DNA of 64,000 nt from Chiloscyllium plagiosum (Eukaryota), in contig NC_057720.1 in NCBI RefSeq assembly GCF_004010195.1, positions 33,604,944 through 33,668,943 on the forward strand, in the 5' to 3' direction. Under the pieces are notes generated by a model, which was given only the letters and a program-made list of their open reading frames with translations, ran no database searches and had not been told where the DNA came from. This document shows, in pieces, positions 25,401 to 38,303 of this stretch (within the stretch, counting starts at the first letter, position 1; each line of letters begins with the position of its first letter). The position numbers were made by a program, and so were the translations under genes.

Positions 25401-27670
25401 AGAAACTTAATCTAACTCTCTTCATCCATTTCTTTTAAAAACATGCAAGGATTCTACAGAGTAAATGGTTTTGGATGTATTGTGAAATTTTCCAGTTGAG
25501 TGATTCCACAAAAGAACGTGTATGAAATTGACACCAACAACTCTGAGGAAGTGGATAGCATGTCTTTCAGAGAAAAAAAATGATGCTTCAGACTCATTTA
25601 CAGCTCTTTATGGCCGCTGTATGTGTGTATTGACAGCCACATAACATCAATAAGCATTTGTATTTGCTTAAGTGATTATTCAACCTGTCAATGGTTGTGC
25701 CACTGGGAATTAAACCTTTCTTTGACCTTGACCTAATCTAGTTCACCCTCATCCATTTTATGTTCAGCTTGAATGTTTTTTTAAGTAGGAAGCTACTTGA
25801 GCCTTCTAAGCATCATTCTGTGAATGTTCAGGAATGACAATATAGTGCACATCAAAACTGGTTTACTATATATCAACAAAGAAAGTCTATTGCACAGAGA
25901 TACAGCACTGTAACGTATTGATTTTATACATTATAATACTGTGTTAGTCATAAGTTGTTAACTTGTCAACCGCAGAAGTTGATCTTTGATTTAGGAAATG
26001 TATTTTTTACAGTGATGTCTTCTTCAGGGACCTTTGTAGTCAAGTCTAGTTTATTTAAAACTTTGTTCTCAGATTTTATCTTCTGGATACTTTAGTCTAG
26101 AACTATTTAAGTCTGTCTTCACAATTTAGATGATTATTTCCCAAAACTGTTCCCACTGTGATCCCATTTCATGGCTAGGAAACTTGTGATGCCACAGTGA
26201 GAACTGTGGGACAGTGAGGTGGGAGAGCTGTGATATAGGGAAGGTAGGGCAGGAAAAGCATATATTTAATCTTTAGGCTTTCTTTAAGAACCTACCTTTT
26301 GACTGGCTTTTTTTTGCAGCCAGAATTACTTCTCAAAAGATCTTTACTTAGGGCAGGTCCACCATTTGAAAAAAAACAGACCAGGCTTTAACGGGGCTAA
26401 GCAGCTGTTAATGCTCGGCAGGGATTCCATGCCAATCATTACAGCTCTAGAATGACCAACCCTAAAATCTTGAAAAAAGAAGCTCCTCATGGAAGCTCTT
26501 GAAAGGAGCCAATCTACAAGACAAGTGGGAAACTGTTCAGCCTATGTGAGCGCCAGTCCAGAACTAAAACTATCCCAATCTCTGTCATCAAGCTGCAGAT
26601 GATACGTTTGTATATTTGTACACTCAAAGGCTGAGCTCCAGACTATTTTTTTTTATATCAGTTTGGGAACTAACAGGGATTAACAGCCCCCATTAATGAA
26701 GATCTGGACTCCCCTAGGGACGGTCTCTTTGTTCCGCGGTCGGTCAATAAACACTAGTAATCCAGTTTGGTTCTGTAAGATTTCACACTTTGATTATCAC
26801 AGCCAGGCACAGGTTGTCCAGCAACACAGAGGTTAAATACTTCTGTGTCCCTAGGAGAAACTGCACACATGGCTTAAGACAAAGACATTTTAAAATCTTT
26901 TCATGAAAAGAGGTATAGCCATAATTACAGAGCAAATTCAAACAATTACCTGTCAAATTTAATAAAATGGCTTTATGACAGCGACGTAGCCCAATGATAT
27001 TTCTTGGGAACCAACTTTCCACATTCAAACATCTTGCGAAACTATTGTTTGCACCTGCACTTGCAAGGTCAGTTAGGATGGCTAGTAATGTCTTATCTAG
27101 TCTAGTTATTTCTATGCTATAAGGGAAGTATTGTCTGGTTAATTCAGGAATGCAGCTTTAAACAGAATTGTCAATTTGCAGCCTAGAAGCCATTTTGTTA
27201 TGTTATTTGCATCAGGAAGCCATTTTATTGCTGCCTATGTTAGTAAGAGCATGTATTAAATGGTTGTTTCTGACTACAACTAGTTACTTCAGCCTGTATT
27301 CTGATTTCAGATCCTCATGAGCAGGTATTGGTTCTCCCAGGCTGACCTAACCCATTTCTTTTTAGACCCAATTGTTGTTCTCTTACTCCTACCAGCTCCA
27401 TCTCCTACCAGCTACTCACCCCCCACCCCCCAAAAAAGCTTATGTACCAACTTTTAATTAGCTGCAATCAGTTGTGAAGAAGGGTTACTGGATTTGAAAC
27501 ATTAACTCTGTTTTCTGTCTAAAGATGTTGCCTGATCTGCTGAGTTTCTCTGGCAATTTCTGTTTTTGTTTCAGGTTTTCAGCATCTGCAATTCTTAAAG
27601 TTTCTTTGTCAAACAGTAGTATGTCTTTGCCTTTTCAGAACTGGGTATGCAAGGCTTGTTATTGCGGGTG

Positions 27671-27999
27671 ATCATAAAATCATAGAATCCCTACAGTGTG
27701 GAATCAGCCCATTTGGCCAGCAAGCCCACACCGAATACTATGTCACCCAGACTCATTCCCTTACTCCTATTACTGTACATTTCCTCTGACTTATGCACCT
27801 AGCCTTCACACCCCTGTGCACTATGGGCCAATTCACCTAACCTGTGCATCTTTGAACTGTGGGAGGAAACTGGAGCACCTGGAGGAAACCCAGGTGGGTA
27901 GAGAATGTGCCAACTCCACACCGACCGTTGCCTGAGGCTGGAATTGAACCTGAGTCCCTGGCGTTGTGAGGCAACAGGGCTAACCATTGAGCCACTGTG
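27671..27999 (-). mobile_element. HE1-type SINE (diverged)
   Basis: Reverse-strand head and core. Confidence 0.82.
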
Positions 28000-28015
28000 T
28001 TGTCTATAATGATGC

Positions 28016-28155
28016 TTAAAAATGTGTTGCTGGAAAAGCGCAGCAGGTCAGGCAGCATCAAAGGAGAAGGAGAATCGACGTTTCGGGCATAAGCCCTTCT
28101 CTAGCAACACGTTTTTAAGCTCTGATCCCCAGCATCTGCAGTCCTCACTTTCTCC
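28016..28155. mobile_element. Short PLE terminus with inversion and 16-bp target-site duplication
   Basis: ttgtctataatgatgc at 28000-28015 and 28156-28171. Confidence 0.8.
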
Positions 28156-29639
28156 TTGTCTATAATGATGCCAACCTTTACACTTCAATGAGAGAAAAAA
28201 CTCCAGACGCCCACTTACTTCAGCAGAGAAGATTAATCATAAATGCCACATTTGCTTGCATTTAGAAGGCCATAGTAGCAATACCAAGCGATTGGTAAAG
28301 CTCCCCCACAGCTTCCTTGCTCCCTGCCCACTATCCATCTGGCTGTCATCCAACCATCTCTCTCAATGCGTGCCCATCTTGCAGAGGTTGCCATGATGCC
28401 CAGGCACTGAGAGGAAGCCCAGTGGCAGCAGCTGTTCTCCCCCCTCCCCCTGCATGCAGGGCTCTGACTCAGCCCGGGAAAAGGGTAAAGGTCAAAGGGG
28501 ACAGCCTCACTGGTCGCAGACCCTGAGTGCCACCGTTGTGCACCATCCACTGGGAGCTGCTCTCCCCCTACCCCCTGCAGTACATGCATCTGGTGTCTGC
28601 AGATAAAGTGGCACTGCTTCCTGATAATCTTGTGGTACATTTCTCACCTTGTCGCTATTACACAAATTGAAAACCATTGATAAAGTTTGCTCTCTTCATG
28701 GCTGTAGAGGTAACAAAACAATTTTCTTCAGTAGTCTGCCATGGTATCTTCCTTTCATTTCTGCTACCCACCCTGTGATCCTTGACCAGTGGTAGGTTGA
28801 GGGTGGAGAACACATTTTGGAAGGTGATTAGCCTTTCCACTGCTGTTGCTGCACGAGAATGGGAATCTCTCACCTGGAGGATGCTCCTGTTCATGCAGCG
28901 TTATATTCAGGTAACGAGTGTGATCTTGCATAGATAGCTTTGATGGTATAACTTGAGCTCGCTCAGGTCTTGGCACGCTTTGCTACCAGTGCAACGAGCC
29001 TTAATACTCATGGCCTACATTTTGAACCTCCACTGCAAAACTAATATATATCTTGTGGGATAGAACATAAATGGATCCAAGCCTTTATTCAGATATACAA
29101 AACTCTTGTTAGACCACAGTTGGCAGACTGTGAGCAGTTCTAAGTTTAGAACATTAGGAAGGAGGTCTTGGCCTTTTAGCTATTTCAGTATTAACTTTTT
29201 TTTAAGAGTGCTAACTTGACTCTAAGGGCAAGATTATGAGAATAGATAACCTAAACTGGGGCTGTGTTCCCTCGAATTTAGAAGGTTATGGGGTGATTTC
29301 AAAGCTATTAATGAGAACAGAGTTTTTCCCATTTCACCCTATTTCACAAATCAGTGACTTAGGGTAGAGATACTAGATCTTTCTAGAATCCGATTGGCAA
29401 ACATTTTTGCACACAAAGGAGTAAATGTTTGGAACTCTCTTCTGAAAGTATCAATTGATGCTGGATTGATTGCTAATCTAAAAATTATATGATAGGCTTT
29501 TGTTAACCAAAGATATTGGGGTTATGCAATAGAGGCAGGTATGTGAAGTTGGAGTGTAGAGCAACCATTATCTAATTAAATGAGAGAACAGAGTTGAGGG
29601 TTCATTCCCATGTTTGCAGTTCAACTCTGCACAACACAA

Positions 29640-31133
29640 GCTTTTTTCAACTTGAAGAAGTAACAAAGAGAATTGATGAGGGCAAAGCTGCGGGTGTGAT
29701 CTATATAGACTTCAGTAAGGCATTCGACAAGGTTCCTCATGGTCGACTGATGAACAAGGTTGGATCACATGGAATACAGGGAGAACTAGCCAATTGGATG
29801 CAGAACTGGCTCAAAGGCAGAAGACAGAGGCTAGTGGTGGAGGGTTGCTTTTCAGACTAGAGGCCTCTGACCAGTGGAGTGCCACAAAGATCGCTGCTGC
29901 AAATTGACAATTCTGCTTAAAGCAGCTAAAAGCTGCATTCCCGAATTAACCATAGTGTGCCTTAATAAAGATTAGCAGGCAATGCTTCCCTTATAGCATA
30001 GAAATAACTAGACTAAATAAGACATTACTAGCCATCCTAACTGACTTTACAAGTGCAGGTGCAAAGAATAATTTCGCAAGATAGGGATGCTTAAATGTGG
30101 AAGTAAAGTTGGTTCCCAGGAAATATCGTTGGGCTACATTGTTGATTTATGTCATTTATATAAATGATTTGGATGTGAACATAGGAGATATGGTTAGTAA
30201 GTTTGCAGATGTCACCAAAATTGGAGGTGTAGTGGACAGCGAAGAAGGTTACCTCAGATTACAATGGGATCTTGATCAGATGGGCCAGTGGGCCAAGGAG
30301 TTGCAAATAGAATTTAATTTAGATAAATGTGAGGTTCTGCATTTTGAGGAAGCAAATCAGGGCAAGACTTACACACTTAATGGTCAGGTCTTGGGGAGTG
30401 TTACTGAACAAAGAGACCTTGGAGACCCAGGTTCATAGCGCCTTGAAAGTGGAGTCACAGGTAGACAGGATAGTGAAGAAGGCGTTTGGTATGCTTTCCT
30501 TCGTTGGTCAGAGTATTGAGTACAAGAGTTGGGACGTCATGTTGCTGTTGTGCAGGACATTGGTTAGGCCACTGTTGGAATATTGTATGCACTTCTGGTC
30601 TCCCTGCCAAAGGAAGGATGTTGTGAAACGTGAAAGGGTTCAGAAAAGATTGACAAGGATGTTGCTGGGGTTGGAGGGGTTTGAGCTCTAGGGAGAGACT
30701 AGGTAGGTTGGGGCTATTTTCCCTGGAGTGTTGGAGGCTGAGGGGTGACCTTATACGGGTTTACAAAATCATGAGAGGCATGATAGGGTAAATAGGCAAG
30801 GTCTTGGGGTGGGAGAAGTCCAGAGCTAGAGGGCATAGCTTCAGAATGAAAGGGGAAAGATTTACAAGGGACCTAAGGGACAGCTTGTTTTAAGCAAAGG
30901 ATGTTACATGTATGGAATGAGTTGCCAGAGGAATGAGTTGCCAGAGGAAGTGATAGAGGCTGGTGCAATTATAACATTTAACAGGTATCTGGGTGGTGAC
31001 ATGAATAGGAAGGGCTTAAAGGGATATGGGCCAAATGCTGGCAAATGGGACTAGATTTATTTAGGATTACTGCTCAGCATGGCCGAGTAGGACCGAAGAG
31101 TCTGTTTCCGTGCAGTGTATCTCTAGGATTCTA
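29640..31133 (+). mobile_element. CR1 LINE 3' fragment with foreign insert at about 29896-30144
   Basis: [26 protein letters not shown] and LVRPLLEYC motifs, followed by 3' UTR. Confidence 0.9.
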
Positions 31134-31949
31134 ACTGAGGAGTGTTCTCAGATCCAAACCTGTTCTTGTCAAGTTTGTATTCAGTCACCTAGTTATCAAT
31201 CTTAGGTACTAAAATAGATTAGGTACAAAAATGGAGAAATAGAGAAAAGAGTTAAATGTTCTACATTACAGTTGTTCATAGAATAAATTAGGAAAATAAA
31301 GAAATGAACTTAAAAGATGGACATTACAGTCTTTCTATAGTCTGCAGTCTCTCCATGCTGGGAGCTTTCCACACATAATCTTGCTCTCCCCTGCGCTGGG
31401 CTGACCTCAACAGGGCTCGCAGGCCTTGACTGCCATCTGTGATAGGCCTACTGCATCAGGCCCCAGCCTGCTGACTCCCAGCCCGCTGGCTGTCCCGCTC
31501 CACCCTGACTGCCATCTGTGATAGGCCTACTGCATTAGGCCTGACCTGCTGACCTTCAGCCACCCTGCTGCAGGCCCCCAGCTCGCTGGCTGTCTTGCTC
31601 TGGCCTGGCCCACCGACTGCTGGCCGCCCTGCTCCGCTTAGGACTGGCTGACCACCCCACTCCATGCCGACATCTGCTGCAACACTTTGTGCCATCATTC
31701 CTGCTCTCTCCATAGTGTCAGTTCTTTTTAAAAAAAACTGTAAGATTGAAAAAAAGAGAAGAACGAGAAAAGGAAACGAAAGGGCCGCAGAGGGAAAGGG
31801 CGAGCTCTGGGCTGAGCCTGGATGCTGCCTACTCCGCTGTTGCTGTCTTAACAGGCATTAGCAGGCTTTATTGGATGTGACTGTAAAATGATAGTACATA
31901 GATTATAACTGTATACAAAGGATAGTAGGAGAGGACAGCAGGGGAGGGG

Positions 31950-32276
31950 ATTGCAGAGTGGTATTATCACTAAACTGTTAATCCAAAGACTCAGATAATG
32001 TTCTGGGGACCCAGGTTCAATTCCTGCCAGAACAGATGTTGGAATTTGAATTCAACAAAAATCTGGAACTAAGAGTCTAATGATGATCACAAAACCAATT
32101 TCAATTGTTGGAAAATCCCATCTGGTTCACTAATGTCCTGCAGAGAAGTAAACTGCCATCTTTACCTGGTCGAGCCTACAGCTGACTCCAGATGCACACC
32201 GATGTAGTTGACTCTTAATGAGGGATTGGTAATTAATGCTAACCTAGCCAGCCGTGCCTACATCCTGTGAATGAAT
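31950..32276 (+). mobile_element. tRNA-headed SINE with LINE-derived tail
   Basis: agtggtattatcac...caggttcaattcc A/B-box-like motifs; gtgaatgaat tail. Confidence 0.7.
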
Positions 32277-32299
32277 TTTCTGATTTATTACAGATTCTG

Positions 32300-32528
32300 T
32301 AGAGGTTGCTCTGCTATAACACATGTTTCGTTAATACAAATTCACTGTAATGCGATTGACGAGTTGGGGGGGGGACACTGTTTCTAAAGCGTGAACTTTT
32401 AAAGCATGTGTTGGCAATAATGCGATTACATCACCAACACTTTATGCGCTGTTTCTAAAGCATGGTTTTTCTGTTAATGCGGGGTTGCACAAGAATGCAA
32501 CTATTGTTTAATATAAGGATGACCTATA
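32300..32528. mobile_element. Possible Tigger-like MITE
   Basis: Weak terminal inverted repeats and internal ataacgcg-like motifs. Confidence 0.4.
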
Positions 32529-32869
32529 CTCAGTTCCATATGATTTGGTATCACCATCTCATAGTTCCTTATCCATTACTCAGCAGCTAATTTCAAGGTA
32601 AAAGTACAATTAACCCTTTACACCACATCTTCCTCTAAGTTTGTTCTTCTCACAAATTGTTAATCTCATGAATTATTTATGGTTTTCAGCCAACTTTTAC
32701 TTTCCGCTCCAAGTCTCTTTCACCTGAGGCATCAATCTCCGACAGTGCTCTTTGCTCTCTTATATGTCTTTGGAACATATTGACTCGCATAGCTTTTCAT
32801 TGTAAGGTGAACACATTGGAGTTGGATGGCAGCTTCTAACAGCAACTGGCCCTTAGGCTGCGATGTCTG

Positions 32870-34045
32870 AAGATTTTTGAAGATGTTTCTAAAAAAAATT
32901 GATAAAGGAGATGCGATAAGTTTAGTTTAATTAGGTTTTCACAAGGCTATTGGTAAAGTCCTCCCGAAGTGACTGGTTAGAAAATTAAAGCACATGGGAT
33001 AGAAGGTTGTCGACTATCTTGGATTAATGATTGGCTAATAGCCAGAAAGCAGAGAGTAGGAATATATATTGGCAGGCTGAGAATAACGGGTATCGCAAGG
33101 ATCGGTGCTTGTTCCCAGTTGTTCACAATATACATCAATGCTTTTGAGATGGGGACCAAATGTAATATTTCCAGATGATGCAAAGCTAAGTGAGATTGTG
33201 TTTTGTAAGGAAGATGTAAAGTGGCTTCAGGAGGTTTTGGACAGACTCGGAAAATTGGTAAGTATATGGTCTATGGAATATAATGTGAAAAAATGTAAAG
33301 TTATCCATTTTTATGGGGGAAACGGATGTGCAGAGTATTCCTTAAATGTTAAGAGGTTGGAAAGTGTAGATGCACAAAGGGACCTAGGTGTCCTTGTAAA
33401 TATGTCAGTAAAGGCTAAAGTGCAGCAAGCTATTAGAAAGGAAGGCTAATAAAATGTTAGTGTCATTTACGAGAAGATTTGAGTGTTGGAATCATGAGTG
33501 TTCTTGTTCTTGAAGTGTCAAGTATAAGAGCTTGGTTAGACCACACCTGAAGTACTGTACATGGCTTTAAGCACCCTGTCTTGGGAACGTTGTTATGTAA
33601 CAAAGGCTCACCAAACTTGTTTTTAGGATGGCAGGATTGTACAATGAAGAGACATTGGGAAAACTGGGCCTGTATTCTTTAGAGTTTCGAAGAATGAGAG
33701 GTGATCTCATTGAAAGGATTGGGCAGGGTAGAAGGAGGTAAGATGTTTTCCTTGGTTGGGGAGTCAAAAACCAAGGGCACACTTGTAAAAATAAAGGAGA
33801 TGGCACTCAGGTTCAAATGGGGAGAACTTGTTTCACTCAGGGGATTGTGTGAATCTTTGGAATTCTATACTGCAGAATGTTGTGTGACTCTGTCTTTTAG
33901 CATGTTTAAGGTTGGGTTTTAATACAGTATCCTTGGTTATGGGAGAGTAGAAGGCATTGAAGCGTTTGATCAGCCATGATCATATGGAATGGCGGGACAG
34001 GGTCGATGGGCTGAATAGCCTGCTCTTGAATGGATGTTCCTATTG
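32870..34045 (+). mobile_element. Old CR1 fragment
   Basis: WSMEYNVKKCKVIHF and QRDLGVLV motifs. Confidence 0.8.
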
Positions 34046-36691
34046 AATCGGGTAGATGAAAAGAAAAAGAAAGAACATTCTGAAATCAATTCTGGACATA
34101 AGCAAATGAGGATTTTCCTTGCACTTCTAGTGTAGGAACTTAGCTTTCTTCAGCTAATGGCATCGCCCTCACATTGGCTTCGGTTCGAGGCCATGTAAGG
34201 CACACAAGAAGATGTCTGCACTTCCAGCTGAAAGGATTTCACCAATTGAATAAGCTCTAGACTAGAATCTGTAGGAAATTCCTGCTTATGCTCTGGTACA
34301 GACTTGAGAGGAAATGGGACAATTGTAGAACATTCAGAATATATTAGCTGCTTAGCAGTCTTCAACTCGGCCAAGTGATTGAAATAGCTTGCTGATAAGT
34401 GTCCTGCTCTCCACCATTTATTTCTGATTCCTCCTGCAAAAGATGGTAATCATTATGTAGTTGATCTCTTTGATTAATGAGAGCTTGCTTTTGTGTGATA
34501 GTGTTCTGCAAATTTAAACCAAGATTCCTCTTCTCTCAAGGGTTCTTCAAATGTAGGCTCATTACTCAAGTTATAGCAGCATGTTTTTCTCCGTTACTAA
34601 TTCACATTGATGTTCAAGCTCTGAAATGCTGAGAAAAAGAAAGACTTTTGTAATGTCTATTAGGGTGTAGCACTGGCCTTCAATTCAGGTGCTCTTTATA
34701 ACTAGCCCCTGGTCCTGAGAGTCTGGCACTGCTTATCAGTGCATAGTAGGATCAGGTCTGTGCTCAGATGAATGAACATTAACAGGTTTATAAAAAGAGG
34801 ATAGTAAGAAAGGACATCGCTGACACTCAATAGTTTCAATAACGTTTCCATGTGACCTGATGTCATGATGACAATCTCCTTCTGCAGTGTTTAGAATGAA
34901 GGTATAGCTTTTTTCATTCACTTGGGAGGCATTGGCATTGCTGGCTGGACCAGCACTTATTGCCTGTCCTCGTTGCCCTTGAGAAGATGGTGGTTAGCAG
35001 CTTTCTTGAACTGTTGCAGTCCATATACTCTCGGTAGATTCACGATGCCATTAGGAATGGAATGACCCAGCAGCAGTGAACGAACGGGGATTTATTTCCA
35101 AGTCAGGAGGATGGTGAATGGCTTGGAGGGGAACTTGCAGGTGGTGGTGTCCCCATGGATGTGCTGCTGTTTCTCTTCTAGTTGAAAGTGGTCATGAGTT
35201 TGGAAGGTGCTGTCTCAGGATCTTTGATGAATTTGATTAACCCTTTATTCCCCAATATTTGCTCTACAAAATCCACTTCAAAAGCAATTAACTATAAAGG
35301 ACTTTGTAATATATTGATTATCTGTTGATGACATTGGAATATTTACTGATTTACTGCAGAATTCAGCAGACAGCAAAGAGTAGTTTAAAAACAGAACAGC
35401 ATCTTCCAGTTTAAAAACAGGATGTTTTCACCTGCAAGATTGCAGTGAGTGCAGCCAACAAAATACCCATGTGAAATTACTTCCAGGTATGCTTTCTGGG
35501 GGTATGATTGACAGGGAAACTAGCTAATCATCAACATATCAGTTAGAAATTATGATGTTACTAAATGCAAGAAGGATTGAGGATTTAGGGGCATCTGTGT
35601 ATATGCAAGTTTATCCTCTCTCTCTCCCACTTTCTTTTCTCCTCTCTCTCATTTAAACTGGGAATGAGTTACTAAATGATTTTCATAAGGTGAAACTTGG
35701 AATACATAAATTGGATGATTGATTGAGGTCAATTTCTTCATATTACAATGTTCCACCAACAGAATTCTGTTGTATCTCCGTGAGATTTTAGGAAGATTAA
35801 CAAAATTGCTAAGTTTGTAGGCGTAAGGTATGCTGTAATTTAAAGCACAATGTATTGCACTGTTTTGCCAAATATGAAGCCAGTTTATACTAGCTTCAGT
35901 CATTGGGAATTATCTTTTTCCAGTTCCATCTGTGTTGAATGTATGACGTAAGAGAACTGAGTATGGTGCCTTTCTTAAGGGAGTAGTGAGAGTTATGACC
36001 TTTGTGGTAAAGTGCACTGATGCTCAAGTCTTCCTACCCTCAGCATCACCACAAAATTAAGGATCTAATCAAAAGCATATAAAGTCCCTGATTTATTGTT
36101 TTGATGGAATCATGTTAACAGAAAACACTGACCAGGTTCCAGTTCTTAACAAGAATTATTGTTTATTACAAATTCGTAACTTCTAATCACCAGTAAACAA
36201 CTATGAGCTATCAAAATATACGTCTACTAATTAAACCCTTTTTAAAATCCGTACACACACATACAAATGAACAAAATAACTCTGGTTTTATTGGTAGAGG
36301 GAAATGACAGTTCAATAGCACCAATCTGCAGGGTTCGCAGGGATGATGCTTGGACTTTTTGTTCTTTATTCTTTTTTCTTCGGGTTCCATCTCTTATTCA
36401 CAGGAAACATGGGTGATTGGTATACAAAATGTCTCATATTTATTGGTTAAGGGCACCATCTTAGAGCAACTATCCTGAGAAAATAACAAGCTTGCTTCAG
36501 GTATTTTTTTACCAGCGAGAGGGAGAGACACAGCCTGATCTTGCAGAAAATCAAAGGCTTCTGACTGTGCATCTGTCACACCCAGAAGCTGTTCAGCTAT
36601 CCAGGAACCAATCAGAGAGTTATTATCTGACTGACTTTTAGCATTCACACCTAGTCCCAGTTGTACAAACTAATCAGCTACTTGTTGTCAG

Positions 36692-37009
36692 TAAATCCAC
36701 ACTGACCCTACTCACCCAGGTGCTGGGCCAATTTTAAAATTTCATTCACAGGATGTGGGTGTCACTGGCTAGGCCAGCATTTATTGTCCATCCCTAATTG
36801 CCCAGAGCACAGTTAAGAATCAATTCTGGAGTAACATGCAGACTTGACCATAAATCCACACTGACCCTACTCACCCAGGTGCTGGGCCAATTTTTAAATT
36901 TCATTCACAGGATGTGGGTGTCACTGGCTAGGCCAGCATTTATTGTCCATCCCTAATTACCCAGAGCACAGTTAAGAATCAATTCTGGAGTAACATGCAG
37001 ACTTGACCA
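36692..37009. repeat. Tandem duplication 2 x 159 bp
   Basis: 36692-36850 vs 36851-37009; two substitutions seen. Confidence 0.95.
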
Positions 37010-37218
37010 GGTAAGGATGGCAGAGTTCCTTGCCTGAAGGGCATTGGTGAACTAGATGGGTTTCTCCTGACAAGTGAGCTGTTATGTGGTCATCTTAGTT
37101 TCAGATTTTTAATTGAATCCAGTTCCACCATCTGCCATGATAGGACTTGAACCAGAGTGCCCAGATCATTACCAGGGTCTCTATCAATAGTCTCATGATA
37201 ATATCACAAGGCCATTGC
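36735..37218 (-). mobile_element. tRNA-headed SINE (3' part duplicated)
   Basis: Reverse-complement similarity to 31950-32276. Confidence 0.7.
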
Positions 37219-37916
37219 TTCCTTTATTCACATCTTTTTCCACGCTAAAGAATGCAGCAATGTAAAGACCACACAGAGTTTCAGTAACTTGTTTTAAAAA
37301 GCACAGTAATTCCTTCCACAATCCTTTGTCTTAAAACAGTTCTTCTCCACAAAATAAAATGATATGTGCTTCAATTGTGATGTAGATATTGTTCAGTAAG
37401 GGCTTTAATACCCTGGAACAACCTTTTGACGATGTCAAGGTGTTGATTCTCACCGGGCATAAATAGCACAGTGTGGTCAGAGCTGAGAGAGAGGAAAGAG
37501 AAATAGATGTGGGAAATGGTCTATGAATAATATAGTGGTAAGATCAGAGTCTTGTATGTCTGTGTTGTAATGTTTAGTTTTAATATGTAATACAATGTTA
37601 TAAAGAAGCCCAAGCCTGAATACAGTTCTTCTCGATCAGTTTGCCTTGAATCCAAACATGTAGTATGGGCATAAAACCACACCATGAAAGAGACATGGAC
37701 AGCCAAGTAGAAGGACATTGTAGATTACAGGCTGTTTGTTCTCTCTCTCTCTCTCTCTCCCCCCTCCCCTAAAAGGACACAATTTGATTAGCTTCCAACG
37801 TCAATATTTTAAAGTTATTCTGATGTTGATTCTACCCCAACCCCTCAATCACCTCTGATGTCACTCCTTTGTAAATATTGGAAAGATTTAATAAATACAA
37901 TCTTTTCATTTCACAG

Positions 37917-37990
37917 GTAGTACTTGGAATGGACAGAAGCTCTGGAAGATAAGCTAATGTGCTGCTCCACTGACTTGCTGTGTACAGAAA
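37917..37990 (+). other. B4GALT2: 5' UTR part of the same exon, downstream of a splice acceptor
   Basis: Polypyrimidine tract tcttttcatttcacAG ends at 37916; a second AG ends at 37920. Confidence 0.7.
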
Positions 37991-38303
37991 ATGTCCAGAC
38001 TGATGTTAGGGAAGACTTTGGAAAGAATATGCAAAGCGGTACTCTTGTTGTGTCTTGTGCACTTTCTTATAATGACCATCTTCTACTTGGACATCTACAC
38101 CCAAAGGTTTGACATATTCAGCCGCTTTAATACTAGGAATTTCTCCAAGGTGCATCAATACTTTAACATCTCAAAGCCCAATGGGACCTCACTGACATTC
38201 CTGGGGAACGAAGATCACTTTGTGTCGAGCAGGAAGTTGGACCATAACCTTACAGTCACGAAGAAGCCTTTACCGATGTGCCCTGATGTTCCACCGGGGT
38301 TAG
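37991..38303 (+). CDS. B4GALT2: First coding exon of beta-1,4-galactosyltransferase 2-like gene (cytoplasmic tail, TM anchor, stem; 104 codons + 1 nt, phase-1 donor)
   Basis: Translation MSRLMLGKTLERICKAVLLLCLVHFLIMTIFYLDIYTQRF...LPMCPDVPPGL closely resembles the recalled vertebrate B4GALT2 N-terminus (MSRLLGGTLERVCKAVLLLCLLHFL...LPPCPDSPPGL). Donor TTAG|GTAGGC at 38303/38304. ATG has A at -3. Several N-x-S/T sequons in the stem. Confidence 0.92.

Noticed and set aside
36113..37380. Solo LTR
   Set aside because: Composition is suggestive, but no TG...CA termini with target duplication could be confirmed.
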